Origin: a virus
IMG/VR virus record: IMGVR_UViG_3300028844_006431
Span: 1-64,000 of that record
Reading direction: 5' to 3' (one strand)
Length of the DNA stretch: 64,000 nucleotides
Shown here: positions 47,269-56,025 of the stretch, piece by piece
Position numbering within the stretch: the first letter of the stretch is position 1
Layout of the letters: each line of letters starts with the position of its first letter
Program-made: the position numbers and the translations under genes
Notes under the pieces: model-generated
The model's input: only the letters and a program-made list of their open reading frames with translations
What the model was told of the DNA's origin: nothing
The model's database searches: none

Positions 47269-48549
47269 ATGGCTAGAGTAGATTCAATTCAAAAACCTAC
47301 AACTCTTTTGACTTTGAAAAAATCAAAGTCAGTAGCAAACGAAACTGCTGGAACATTAGCCGGTGAAATCATGCTGATTACAGATGATTTAGGTACTGTT
47401 CAGGGTGACATTCGCATTTCTTCAGGTAGATACTATCATACTCTTCCTTTTGTTCAAGTAGGCTCAATTATTTATTACGCAGGAGAACACGTTCCTGATG
47501 GTTATCTTATTTGCGATGGTTCACTTGTTTCACAAAGATTATATCCAGAACTATTTGATAAAATACAAAATTTTTGGTGGAAACGACCATTCAAACATGA
47601 TAATCAACAAGATGCTACAGAAGTTTATTATGTAGGTTCAGGTGGAACTCGTCCAACGGGATCGTTAGAAACTTGGTTTTGGAGCAATTGGAAGATTAAA
47701 TTTCTTCAAGAAGACCATCCTTCAGGTCCTCAATTTAATACATATGGCAAAATCTTTCAAGAAAGAGATGACCAATTTGAACCTTATTATCAAAAAATTC
47801 AGTATCCTTCATGGACTAGATCTTGGATTTCCAGTGAAATATCATCTCAGGGTAATTTTTTATTTAATGGCGGTACAAATTTTAACGCAGAATTTAATGC
47901 TGCGTACGGTCGTCTTCCTGATCCAGCAATAGATATAGTTCGTGATCCTGTTTTTGCTTTACCCAACTTTACAAGTTTATATACGGCTGAAGCAACAGAA
48001 AGAGAAAAATTACAAGGTTACTTTGTTCGTAATTTGAATGAAAATTATACAGAGTCGCATCCAGATTATTATAAAACTGAATATGATGAAAGAGGATTGT
48101 GGAATTGGTCTTATCATGATGGTTCAAATTATAGAAGTTCTGGACCAGTTGAATTTCATAAAATTATGAGAAGTTATAGTTCTCTTCAAGAAAATGAAGT
48201 TCGACGACATCGACATCGACTTGAAGATGTTGGTGAAGGCCCGGGAAGGTCAGGTAAATCAGGCGCTCATGCTCATGATTATCATGGTTCTGTGAATTCT
48301 ACCAATGGAGATCCTTTAGGTAGAGCGGTTGCCGGAGTCGCCGGTAGAGAAGACCAATTCGGTAGAAGGGCAACAACAGTTGAAACTTTTGATTCTGGAT
48401 GGCATAACCATTTTGGTTATGTAGGGTTTGGACATTCTGTAGACCATGAGGAGCATGAAACTTATGTTGTCAATAAAAAAGATGAAACTCTGAATTCTAT
48501 TGAAACAAGACCATGGTCTTATTCAGTACAATTTTGTATAAAATACTAA
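47269..48549 (+). CDS. Tail fibre protein with a phage tail collar domain
   Basis: VGSIIYYAG..VPDGYLICDGS.VS...YPELF, FALPNF, HxH motifs, C-terminal ETRP.S.SVQFCIKY. Confidence 0.85.
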   Translation: MARVDSIQKPTTLLTLKKSKSVANETAGTLAGEIMLITDDLGTVQGDIRISSGRYYHTLPFVQVGSIIYYAGEHVPDGYLICDGSLVSQRLYPELFDKIQNFWWKRPFKHDNQQDATEVYYVGSGGTRPTGSLETWFWSNWKIKFLQEDHPSGPQFNTYGKIFQERDDQFEPYYQKIQYPSWTRSWISSEISSQGNFLFNGGTNFNAEFNAAYGRLPDPAIDIVRDPVFALPNFTSLYTAEATEREKLQGYFVRNLNENYTESHPDYYKTEYDERGLWNWSYHDGSNYRSSGPVEFHKIMRSYSSLQENEVRRHRHRLEDVGEGPGRSGKSGAHAHDYHGSVNSTNGDPLGRAVAGVAGREDQFGRRATTVETFDSGWHNHFGYVGFGHSVDHEEHETYVVNKKDETLNSIETRPWSYSVQFCIKY

Positions 48550-48563
48550 AGGTATAATTAACA

Positions 48564-50606
48564 ATGGCGTTACAATCAATTAAATCAGGAGCCTTCAAAT
48601 TTTCAAAAACAATTGAAAATCTTGATAAAGTTTCAACAGCAGGTTCAATTATTATTTCTGTAGATGATGATACAAATTTGACAGGTGATATTCGTGTTCA
48701 TGATGGTGTAACACCAGGAGGAATTTCTGCTCCTCCACCAGGAACAGTTTCTTATATTATTACTGAAAGAAAATTAATTGAAGAAGTATTTATAGCAAAT
48801 GTTCATTCTGATTTTATAACAACAGCGCCTGGAGGAATTGGCAACGCTATTTCATTTTCAGCAAATTATCCAGCTTCTGGTAATTTAGATACTGGTCCTT
48901 ATCGTTTTTTTGGTATTCAAATAGAAACAGAACGTAAAGACATACCTTTGGATGCTATTGATGCTTTGAGTGATAAATTCTTTTTATTCCCAACACTAAG
49001 AGGAACGGGTGAGACAAAATTTGATATTACACATTTATTAAGAGATTCATCTACGGGATTTCAGTATCCTTATACAAGTGAATTAATGTCATCAAGTGCT
49101 AGTAATCCTAATCGTAAAATCGAAAGAACTGGTTTAGTGATTCCCGATGATACTGAATTAAGCCGTTTTATGTATTCATTTGATGCTGATGCAAATACAA
49201 TCACAATTTCTGCAGATGATTTTATTTTTCCTTTAAAGACAGGGGATAAAATAAAATTACAATATGTAGATGGTGATACAGGATTTCAAGATCCTGATGG
49301 TTGGTTTTATTGTGATGGTAGAAGAGTGAAAAAAGAATTTTATTCTGCTTTGTTTCGTGAGATTGGTGATATATGGAATATATCACCAAGTGATAGAGAT
49401 ATCTTTGATCCAGGTTTTTATATAAATCGTGCTACTTTTCCATTTCAAGATATTCGTGAATATTTTTCACAAGGATTTGAAAAAAGATTTGATGTAAATT
49501 ATTCAAACGGAAGAGTTCGTGTATTTAAAGCACCTTCGGGATTACCAAATGATATAGTTGAAGTTCCAACATCAGATTATACATTAGGGACAGCCGGAGA
49601 TGGTCAGACTTATATTCGTTTTCCTGATGATAAAATACCGCAATCTGGAGAAAGAATTTTAGTTGTTGGAACTCCAGATAGTGATGAATTTCAAATACCA
49701 GATTTTCGTGGGTTTTATTTGCGGGCTTGGAATTCAAAAAGATTCATTGATACAAAAGGTGTAACTCATTACACGCCTCCTGGAATTCTATCAAAAAAAC
49801 ATTATGCTGTTCAAAAACACTCCCACTTTATAGGACTTGCCACTGGTGGTAAACACAAACATAAATATATACCTTGGGAATTTGGTGGAAATTCACCATT
49901 TGCAAAAGCAGTTTGGGGTGATTGGCCAACAAATATGCCAACTGGTGAAAACTCATGGCTGAGTTCGTATACTCATCACAGCCCAAGTTTAATTGGAACA
50001 GGGGAAGATTTTTATGGAAAATGGCAACATGATGCAACTGAAGCTGAAGTAGGAAGTAATATTGATATAAAACGAAGAACTAAGTTATGGCAAGTTGGAG
50101 TAGGAAATTATTCAAAAGTAGAACCTGATAAAGCGCATAGAGGTTATAGTAATGCATCAGGATATCAAGATTGGTCTCTAGATGGTTCTTGGAATTATTC
50201 AAAAGATCATGTTTCGTACGTTCTTGGTTCAGGGCCTTGTAATATGGTTGATTTTGGTCCTTCAAGAATTGAAAACACGACTTTTAATTATCGTCATAAA
50301 CATTTTATAAAATTTTCAAAAACAATTATTGACCCAGGTGATATTCGTGGAAGAAGTTCAGCCGCTCTTGGATATGAAGGTCCAGGTTCAGGCATTTTCA
50401 CTAATGGGCATACATACCTAGGAACATCTCGAACTGGATGGCAAACTGAACATAACAATCAACCGGTATATGGTTACGAAAGCTATAACAGTGGTACTGG
50501 TGTATCAAAAGCTCAAGGTGGATATCGAGTTGAAGGTAGAGATACTACAAGTTTACATGAAGTTGATATCACAAATATAAAATTACCAACTTTTATAAAG
50601 TACTAA
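48564..50606 (+). CDS. Tail fibre protein with a split tail collar domain
   Basis: GDIRVHDG.TPGG, PPGTV...PDGWFYCDG...YSALF..IG...FQIPDFRG.YLR, HxH motifs, ends FIKY. Confidence 0.82.
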   Translation: MALQSIKSGAFKFSKTIENLDKVSTAGSIIISVDDDTNLTGDIRVHDGVTPGGISAPPPGTVSYIITERKLIEEVFIANVHSDFITTAPGGIGNAISFSANYPASGNLDTGPYRFFGIQIETERKDIPLDAIDALSDKFFLFPTLRGTGETKFDITHLLRDSSTGFQYPYTSELMSSSASNPNRKIERTGLVIPDDTELSRFMYSFDADANTITISADDFIFPLKTGDKIKLQYVDGDTGFQDPDGWFYCDGRRVKKEFYSALFREIGDIWNISPSDRDIFDPGFYINRATFPFQDIREYFSQGFEKRFDVNYSNGRVRVFKAPSGLPNDIVEVPTSDYTLGTAGDGQTYIRFPDDKIPQSGERILVVGTPDSDEFQIPDFRGFYLRAWNSKRFIDTKGVTHYTPPGILSKKHYAVQKHSHFIGLATGGKHKHKYIPWEFGGNSPFAKAVWGDWPTNMPTGENSWLSSYTHHSPSLIGTGEDFYGKWQHDATEAEVGSNIDIKRRTKLWQVGVGNYSKVEPDKAHRGYSNASGYQDWSLDGSWNYSKDHVSYVLGSGPCNMVDFGPSRIENTTFNYRHKHFIKFSKTIIDPGDIRGRSSAALGYEGPGSGIFTNGHTYLGTSRTGWQTEHNNQPVYGYESYNSGTGVSKAQGGYRVEGRDTTSLHEVDITNIKLPTFIKY

Positions 50607-50607
50607 A

Positions 50608-53085
50608 ATGTCTAGAAAAAATTATTTTTCAAATCGCATATCAATCAATCAAATTAAAGATGATTTAGGTATTATAGGTGATCCAAGCAGGGCTGCTTTA
50701 GAAAAACCTGGTATTCAAAGACTGAATAATTCAGCGATTCGTATAGTAAACAAGAGAGAATTTTCAGCATTTCGAGATTCTTTTATAACAACTGAAACTG
50801 CTTTTGATACTTTCAACCAAAAAAAGACAACATCTTCAACTAAAACTTTGCACTATCGTGATCCAGTTTCAAACGCTCACGCACCAGAACCTTATAGTTG
50901 TTTTGATGGTCCTGACAAACCAACAAAAGGGCAAATTGTAGTTATTGAAAATCCTTATTATAAAGGTCAACTTGATGGTGATATACGAATTACAGATGGA
51001 GGTAAAAGTTTTTCCGGTGTAACATTCCCACCAACTGGAACTTTGGGATATTTTGCTTATGATGATAAAACACCAGACGGTTGGCTTGAATGTAATGGAC
51101 AACCTGTTTTGTATCGTAAGAGATTAGGTCAAGGATATGTTGATACTGAATATACAAGATTATATGAAATTTTATATTCTTGGGGAATATTCACTGATTA
51201 TACAGATATTACACCAGATGCTACCTACGGTAAAGTTTTTCGAGCACCAAACTTAACAGGTTTCTTTGTTCGTGGTCTCAATGTAACAAGCACAGGCCTT
51301 GAAGATAATAGCAGTCTTCAAAGAAAACCTTTTGACCGAACAATCAACATTGATGTAGTTGATCATGAGCATACTGGATACAATCCTTATAATCGTCCTG
51401 AAAAAATTACAAAAGTTTGGTTTCGAAGACCAAATTATACTCCACATCGTTCAGGTGAGTTGGGTCAGTGGGAAGATACATCAAGCCCGCCTCCAGATCC
51501 GGGTAGAGGTTACAGAAATCAAAATGGTTACAGACATCATAGGCGAGATGTTCATACCGCAAGATATGACAGTAATTCAGGTAATAAAATAGCTTATCAA
51601 GGTGATGGCGCTCAAGGAAGATACTGGTATCCAACACCTTCAACAGGATATGAAGTTTATTTCTTTGGCCGAGGTGGTGGAAAATTTTCTCTTTATGGAG
51701 AAACAAATCCATATAGTTATGGTTGGGGCTATGATAAGTTATATTGGGATGATTATATGCTTGTTAATTATAAGTACTATAGAGGCGCTCCTAAAGGTTT
51801 GTGGATGTGGCATCACGATATTTGGCATCGCCATTCTAACTCAAATAGTCCATGGACTCATGGCTACATGAAAGTTTTTTATGCCAATGAAAAAAGCGCA
51901 CATCCTTACGAAGGCGAAGGGGACGCAACTAAGGGACGCATCGATTACCAAACTTATGTTGAAGATTGGTCTCATGGAAATGATAATGGTACTTATCATC
52001 ATGGAAATGCTGAAATGATGTGGGATGATTTATATGATTATAGTAACTTTGTTATAAATCTTGAGGTGGATAATCAAAACGCTGCTCAAACCACTGGCTG
52101 GTATAAAAAATCATTTTCAAATGTTGGCCAATATTGTGACCATGCGCCTGATTATTTAATAGAAAACAAGCAAACGGTGTATCAACAAAATGTAGTTCTT
52201 CGTCAAAATACTGGAAGACGATATGGAATATGGTGTGGTAAATATGCTAATCAATCATATTATTATAATTGGCAACGAGGTAGCGATTGGCACGATGAAG
52301 GTGTGACAGTTGGTGATGGTGCTGATAGTACTGGTAGATCGAATAGTCATATTTATTATCCAAATGCAAGTGTAGTTCGTAGAAAACATGAAAATGAACC
52401 CCCAACTGGGCCATATGGTACAGCTACAAGTTATAATGATAGCCAAGATGAATCAAAAAATAATTTTCGAAGAAATCCATGGATTTGGGGTTTTGACCGC
52501 CATTATCATAATAATATTATGACATATTATCGTAGTACTTGGTTTCCAGATCCTGATCCAGCCTTAGGGTATTCTGGTTGGCAGTTTCCACAACATTCTG
52601 ACCATACACGATGTAATATTGATAAATTGACTTTAAGAAATGAGATTGGATGGAGGGCACTGAACAAAGATCGTTATGTTTATGATTCAAGCCGAGATGA
52701 AATTGATTATTTTTATTGGTCAAATGAAGGTGGTGTTGTTTGGAAAGAAAGAGGTAGTAACAGTAGAAATGATGATTTAAAATCGATATATATGCAGGCT
52801 GGTCATAGTGGTATTACACGTCGAAGGTATATGGCAAAAAATGATACATACACTCCGCATAACGATCACTGGTGGGTATCTTTTTGTTACATAACAAAAC
52901 CTTCTGTTGATAGTTCTGGTAATGTTGAGGAGGCTCTACTAAATACAGGTGATAATGGAGCAAAAACTTCTTTAGCCGGAGATCACAATCATCTTGCTTT
53001 TGGTCATGAAGATAGTGTATTTTACCAAGGTCAAGAAGAAACAAGACCGCATAATGTGGCATTGAGAATGTTTATTAAGTATTGA
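50608..53085 (+). CDS. Tail fibre / receptor-binding protein with a tail collar domain
   Basis: PTGT..YFA...PDGWLECNG, FRAPNLTGFFVRG, large Trp/Tyr-rich insert, ends ETRPHNVALRMFIKY. Confidence 0.85.
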   Translation: MSRKNYFSNRISINQIKDDLGIIGDPSRAALEKPGIQRLNNSAIRIVNKREFSAFRDSFITTETAFDTFNQKKTTSSTKTLHYRDPVSNAHAPEPYSCFDGPDKPTKGQIVVIENPYYKGQLDGDIRITDGGKSFSGVTFPPTGTLGYFAYDDKTPDGWLECNGQPVLYRKRLGQGYVDTEYTRLYEILYSWGIFTDYTDITPDATYGKVFRAPNLTGFFVRGLNVTSTGLEDNSSLQRKPFDRTINIDVVDHEHTGYNPYNRPEKITKVWFRRPNYTPHRSGELGQWEDTSSPPPDPGRGYRNQNGYRHHRRDVHTARYDSNSGNKIAYQGDGAQGRYWYPTPSTGYEVYFFGRGGGKFSLYGETNPYSYGWGYDKLYWDDYMLVNYKYYRGAPKGLWMWHHDIWHRHSNSNSPWTHGYMKVFYANEKSAHPYEGEGDATKGRIDYQTYVEDWSHGNDNGTYHHGNAEMMWDDLYDYSNFVINLEVDNQNAAQTTGWYKKSFSNVGQYCDHAPDYLIENKQTVYQQNVVLRQNTGRRYGIWCGKYANQSYYYNWQRGSDWHDEGVTVGDGADSTGRSNSHIYYPNASVVRRKHENEPPTGPYGTATSYNDSQDESKNNFRRNPWIWGFDRHYHNNIMTYYRSTWFPDPDPALGYSGWQFPQHSDHTRCNIDKLTLRNEIGWRALNKDRYVYDSSRDEIDYFYWSNEGGVVWKERGSNSRNDDLKSIYMQAGHSGITRRRYMAKNDTYTPHNDHWWVSFCYITKPSVDSSGNVEEALLNTGDNGAKTSLAGDHNHLAFGHEDSVFYQGQEETRPHNVALRMFIKY

Positions 53086-53095
53086 AAGGATTTTT

Positions 53096-53689
53096 ATGGC
53101 GAATTTAAAAAAATATAAAGATGTATGTGTAGTTGATGAAGATAATATTTTTGTTTCAATAGCAAGAGCATATTTAGATCCCAAAGATCCAACTCGTTAT
53201 TTGGTTGGTGACTCAAGTTTAGATGTTGAACCTCCTCTTGTTGATAAGCTTCAAAAACATCTTGCTAAATGGGATAACGAAGAAAAACGTTGGAAATATA
53301 TATTGCGACATGAATATGAAACGAATCCAGAAGCAGAAGAAAAATTTGAAGAACCTCCTCAAGCACCAATTGAAGGTTTTACTGAAGAGTCTGCTGAAAC
53401 AGAAGCAATGGATATTTTATATTTTATTCGAGAAAATCGATTGAAAGATACAGATCCTTTTGTTCTTGTAGCCTATGAAAAGGGGACTGAAGTACCTAAA
53501 TATATTCAAGAATATCGTCAAAAGCTAAGAGATATACCAAATAAAATTCGTGAAGGTAAATTTGAAAAGCCTGTTCTTTCTGATGTTTATAAAACAACTT
53601 CAGAAAATGTGAGAAGAACAAAAGCAACTGATTTGATTGTATTCAATCATTGGCCGAAAACTCCAGACAAAATTACACATGGACTCTAA
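53096..53689 (+). CDS. Tail fibre assembly chaperone-like protein
   Basis: R..RLKDTD...YRQKLRDIP...WPKTP; follows the fibre genes. Confidence 0.78.
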   Translation: MANLKKYKDVCVVDEDNIFVSIARAYLDPKDPTRYLVGDSSLDVEPPLVDKLQKHLAKWDNEEKRWKYILRHEYETNPEAEEKFEEPPQAPIEGFTEESAETEAMDILYFIRENRLKDTDPFVLVAYEKGTEVPKYIQEYRQKLRDIPNKIREGKFEKPVLSDVYKTTSENVRRTKATDLIVFNHWPKTPDKITHGL

Positions 53690-54455
53690 TAAAAAATATT
53701 GTGTCATTGATGAAAAAAATAAATTTGTAAAAGTTCTTGAAACAGACAGTGCTAATTATAACACAGTGTATGCTGTTCCACCATTTCTTCGAGCAAATGG
53801 GGAAGCTTTTTGGAAAAATCCAGGTTGGTCTATTAAAGTAAATCGTTCTGATCAAAAAAATCGTATTGCTCTATCTGAAGAAAAAGAAACAGCAATAAGA
53901 AATATCACAGAAATGACTGTGAAGAATAGAAAAATGAGCTATGTTGATTTTCTTATTGAACGACTTGAAAAAAGAATGGAACAGTATGATGAAATGGTGA
54001 TTTTTTATTATGAAAAAAGAAAATTACCAGAACAATTTACAGGTTATAAAAAGAAACTTCAAGATGCATTGAATAGAGTAAAAGAAAATTATCTAAATTT
54101 TGAATTTTATTTTTTATATAAAGGTGACCAAAATCAGTCATTTTCTGAAACAGAAGAAAAAGAAACTATAAAAGTAATGATGGAGAATATTATTACTTCA
54201 AATGAAGAAGAATCAACTGATAGTGGTTTAACAGTACCACCAGGTGCTTTAGATAATATTCCTGAAGAATTAGAAATAAAATATACATTTGATTTGATTA
54301 CGCAAAAGTTATTTACTGATTATACATTTGACTTAAAGAGAATGTTTCCTGATTTACTTGAAGAAGAGTTAAATTATCCCCTTGAGCTAAATTATTTTGT
54401 AGATACCGTTTCAGATATTATAAAAGAAGAAGAAGCTGCTGCACTAAATCAATGA
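53679..54455 (+). CDS. Second tail fibre assembly-like protein
   Basis: Likely start MDSNKKY at 53679; shares CV(V/I)DE..(I/K)FV, PP, W and YxxKL with the upstream gene. Confidence 0.55.
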   Translation: MDSNKKYCVIDEKNKFVKVLETDSANYNTVYAVPPFLRANGEAFWKNPGWSIKVNRSDQKNRIALSEEKETAIRNITEMTVKNRKMSYVDFLIERLEKRMEQYDEMVIFYYEKRKLPEQFTGYKKKLQDALNRVKENYLNFEFYFLYKGDQNQSFSETEEKETIKVMMENIITSNEEESTDSGLTVPPGALDNIPEELEIKYTFDLITQKLFTDYTFDLKRMFPDLLEEELNYPLELNYFVDTVSDIIKEEEAAALNQ

Positions 54456-54610
54456 AAGAAGTACCAGAATCACTCAAGCTTGAGTTCACTATGGCAATTC
54501 GAGAATTACAAGATGAAATTAAAAAACAACAAGAACGAAAAATGATTCAACAGGCAATTGAAGAATCTTTTTCAGAAGATAAAAAATGGAAGAAGTTCCA
54601 GACGAATTAG
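54452..54610 (+). CDS. Small hypothetical protein (52 aa, MKEVPESLKLEF...)
   Basis: ATGA overlap with the upstream stop; helical charged sequence; below the ORF-track cut-off. Confidence 0.5.
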   Translation: MKEVPESLKLEFTMAIRELQDEIKKQQERKMIQQAIEESFSEDKKWKKFQTN

Positions 54611-54693
54611 ATTCAGGGGACTTAGATTTTCTTTTCCGCCTCGTTGTTGAGGCTCGTAAAAATAAAGATCGGCACAAGAAAAAAAATACTTGA
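54586..54693 (+). CDS. Micro-ORF (35 aa, MEEVPDELDSGDLDFLFRLVVEARK...)
   Basis: Fills the gap up to the next promoter; no clear RBS. Confidence 0.35.
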   Translation: MEEVPDELDSGDLDFLFRLVVEARKNKDRHKKKNT

Positions 54694-54718
54694 CAATTTA
54701 CTCGAAGTATGCTATATA
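54690..54718 (+). promoter_or_regulatory. Sigma70-type promoter TTGACA-17-TATATA with an extended -10 TG and upstream A-tract
   Basis: Near-consensus boxes directly ahead of the structured hsp20 leader. Confidence 0.8.
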
Positions 54719-54722
54719 TTAA

Positions 54723-54808
54723 TGCAGTGTGAATGGTTCGCACTGCATCAGCAATTGCTCGATTGAGGATTGCGTCTGACTAACCTTGCTTATTTAGGAG
54801 GCAATATG
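54723..54808 (+). ncRNA. ROSE-like RNA thermometer in the hsp20 5' UTR
   Basis: Two upstream hairpins (TGCAGTGTGAA/TTCGCACTGCA; GCAAT..CTC/GAG..ATTGC), then CCUUGCU pairing with the SD AGGAGG. Confidence 0.72.
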
Positions 54809-55297
54809 TTTATTACAAATATATCTACCAATGAATTTGACCGTTTTCTACGTCATTCAATTAATGTATTTGACCACTTAGATGAAGTGTTTCGAGAATC
54901 TCGTTTCTCGAGCAACGTGACTTCAACGTTTCCCCCTCACAATATTCGCCAAAAAGATAATTCGTATCTGATTGAAATGGCTGTTGCTGGTTTCTCAAAA
55001 GATGAAATCACAATCACAAAAGAAAAAGATTATTTACATGTGGAAGGAAAGAAAGCTGAAGATGAAAAGAACGATGAGTATCTAACTTATCGTGGCATCG
55101 CTTCACGTTCTTTTAAAAAGTCTTTTGTGTTAGGCAAAAACATGAAAGTCTTGGCTGCTGATGTGAAGGATGGATTGTTGTTTATTGGTCTTGAGAAGGA
55201 AGTTCCTGAAAAAGATAAACCTGAGACAATTGAAATCGGATCAGATGAAAATATATTGTCAAATATTGTTTCGAGTGTCAAGAAATTGGCCGCATAA
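54806..55297 (+). CDS. hsp20: Small heat shock protein (Hsp20/IbpA family)
   Basis: FPPHNI, IEMAVAGF, YRGIASRSF, A..KDGLL.I.L...VPE..KP..IEI; start set at the ATG after AGGAGG. Confidence 0.95.
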   Translation: MFITNISTNEFDRFLRHSINVFDHLDEVFRESRFSSNVTSTFPPHNIRQKDNSYLIEMAVAGFSKDEITITKEKDYLHVEGKKAEDEKNDEYLTYRGIASRSFKKSFVLGKNMKVLAADVKDGLLFIGLEKEVPEKDKPETIEIGSDENILSNIVSSVKKLAA

Positions 55298-55307
55298 TAT
55301 GAAGGAC

Positions 55308-55335
55308 GAGGTGACCAACAGGTCACCTCATTTTA
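55308..55335 (+). terminator. Hairpin or terminator after hsp20
   Basis: GAGGTGACC-AACA-GGTCACCTC perfect 9-bp stem followed by ATTTT (short U tract). Confidence 0.7.
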
Positions 55336-55350
55336 AACACACACACCACA
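55336..55350 (+). repeat. 15-nt CA-rich leader AACACACACACCACA, copy 1
   Basis: Identical to 55670-55684; both copies directly precede an RBS. Confidence 0.8.
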
Positions 55351-55358
55351 GGAGAAAT

Positions 55359-55666
55359 ATGTCTTACTTCGATCTACATACCACCTTTCGGTCCACCCGC
55401 TACCAAGAAATGCAAACTTATTTTAAGAATGAATATAAGCTTGACCACGAATGGGCTTTTAACAATTGGCTTGAATCAAAAACTGAAGCCAAAAAAAAAG
55501 TTTTTTCGCATATTGCTGCGATCTTTGGAGTCTTGCTTTTCCTACGGAGCAACAGCTAAAAGAAAAATATTTAAGTCAGGCGACTGACCTTGTGGATCTT
55601 GAACATCGTTTAGAAAACTGGGATCGACGAAGTAGTCGCCAGAATAATTCAGGCGTAACATATTAA
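55359..55666 (+). CDS. Small protein whose DUF3563-like C-terminal half lies in the -1 frame after an A9 run (frameshifted gene or homopolymer error)
   Basis: Frame 0 starts MSYFDL (AGGAG RBS) and stops at 55559; the -1 frame from about 55499 reads SFFAY...EKYLSQATDLVDLEHRLENWDRR to a stop at 55666 and has no start codon of its own. Confidence 0.55.
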
Positions 55667-55669
55667 TAT

Positions 55670-55684
55670 AACACACACACCACA
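55670..55684 (+). repeat. 15-nt CA-rich leader AACACACACACCACA, copy 2
   Basis: Identical to 55336-55350. Confidence 0.8.
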
Positions 55685-55694
55685 AAAGGTAATT

Positions 55695-55973
55695 ATGGCT
55701 GATGGTAAAAATCCATATCAAATTCGTCAAGAACTTCTGAATCAAGCACAATCGTTTGTTGAGAATGCGTATCAAATGCAACAATCTGTCATTGAACGAA
55801 ATTTTCAACTTGCTGAAATGATGATGAAAACAAATGAAGCAGCAGGAGTGTCCTTGTTCAAAGCAACAACAGATAACTTAGAGAAATACTGTAAAGGTTA
55901 TCCTGGTGTTGATGCTGTTGTTGAAGCAGCACGTGAGATGCAAAATTTTGTGGATAATAAATCAAAACAGTGA
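55695..55973 (+). CDS. Conserved small phage protein
   Basis: KNPYQIRQELL..A...YP....V..A..M.NFV, a pattern I recognise from T4-like phages; function unknown. Confidence 0.65.
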   Translation: MADGKNPYQIRQELLNQAQSFVENAYQMQQSVIERNFQLAEMMMKTNEAAGVSLFKATTDNLEKYCKGYPGVDAVVEAAREMQNFVDNKSKQ

Positions 55974-55978
55974 TTTAT

Positions 55979-56024
55979 TTGCTCCTAAATATTAAGGTCA
56001 ATAATCTTCAGTATTTAGGAGCAA
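55979..56024 (+). promoter_or_regulatory. RBS-sequestering hairpin with a late-promoter-like CTAAATA in its 5' arm
   Basis: TTGCTCCTAAATA (55979-55991) is the perfect reverse complement of TATTTAGGAGCAA (56012-56024), which carries the SD; ATG at 56026. Confidence 0.75.
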
Positions 56025-56025
56025 C

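Noticed and set aside
47269-53085. Diversity-generating retroelement or invertible cassette acting on the fibre genes
   Set aside because: No reverse transcriptase, invertase, template/variable repeat pair or flanking inverted repeats were seen in this window.
54723-54780. tRNA or CRISPR-like repeat in the hairpin-rich intergenic region
   Set aside because: No cloverleaf or T-loop context and no repeat-spacer periodicity; better explained as the hsp20 leader.
55170-55358. Long N-terminal extension of the 129-aa ORF in the track
   Set aside because: It overlaps hsp20 and crosses the terminator hairpin; the ATG at 55359 has a proper RBS.
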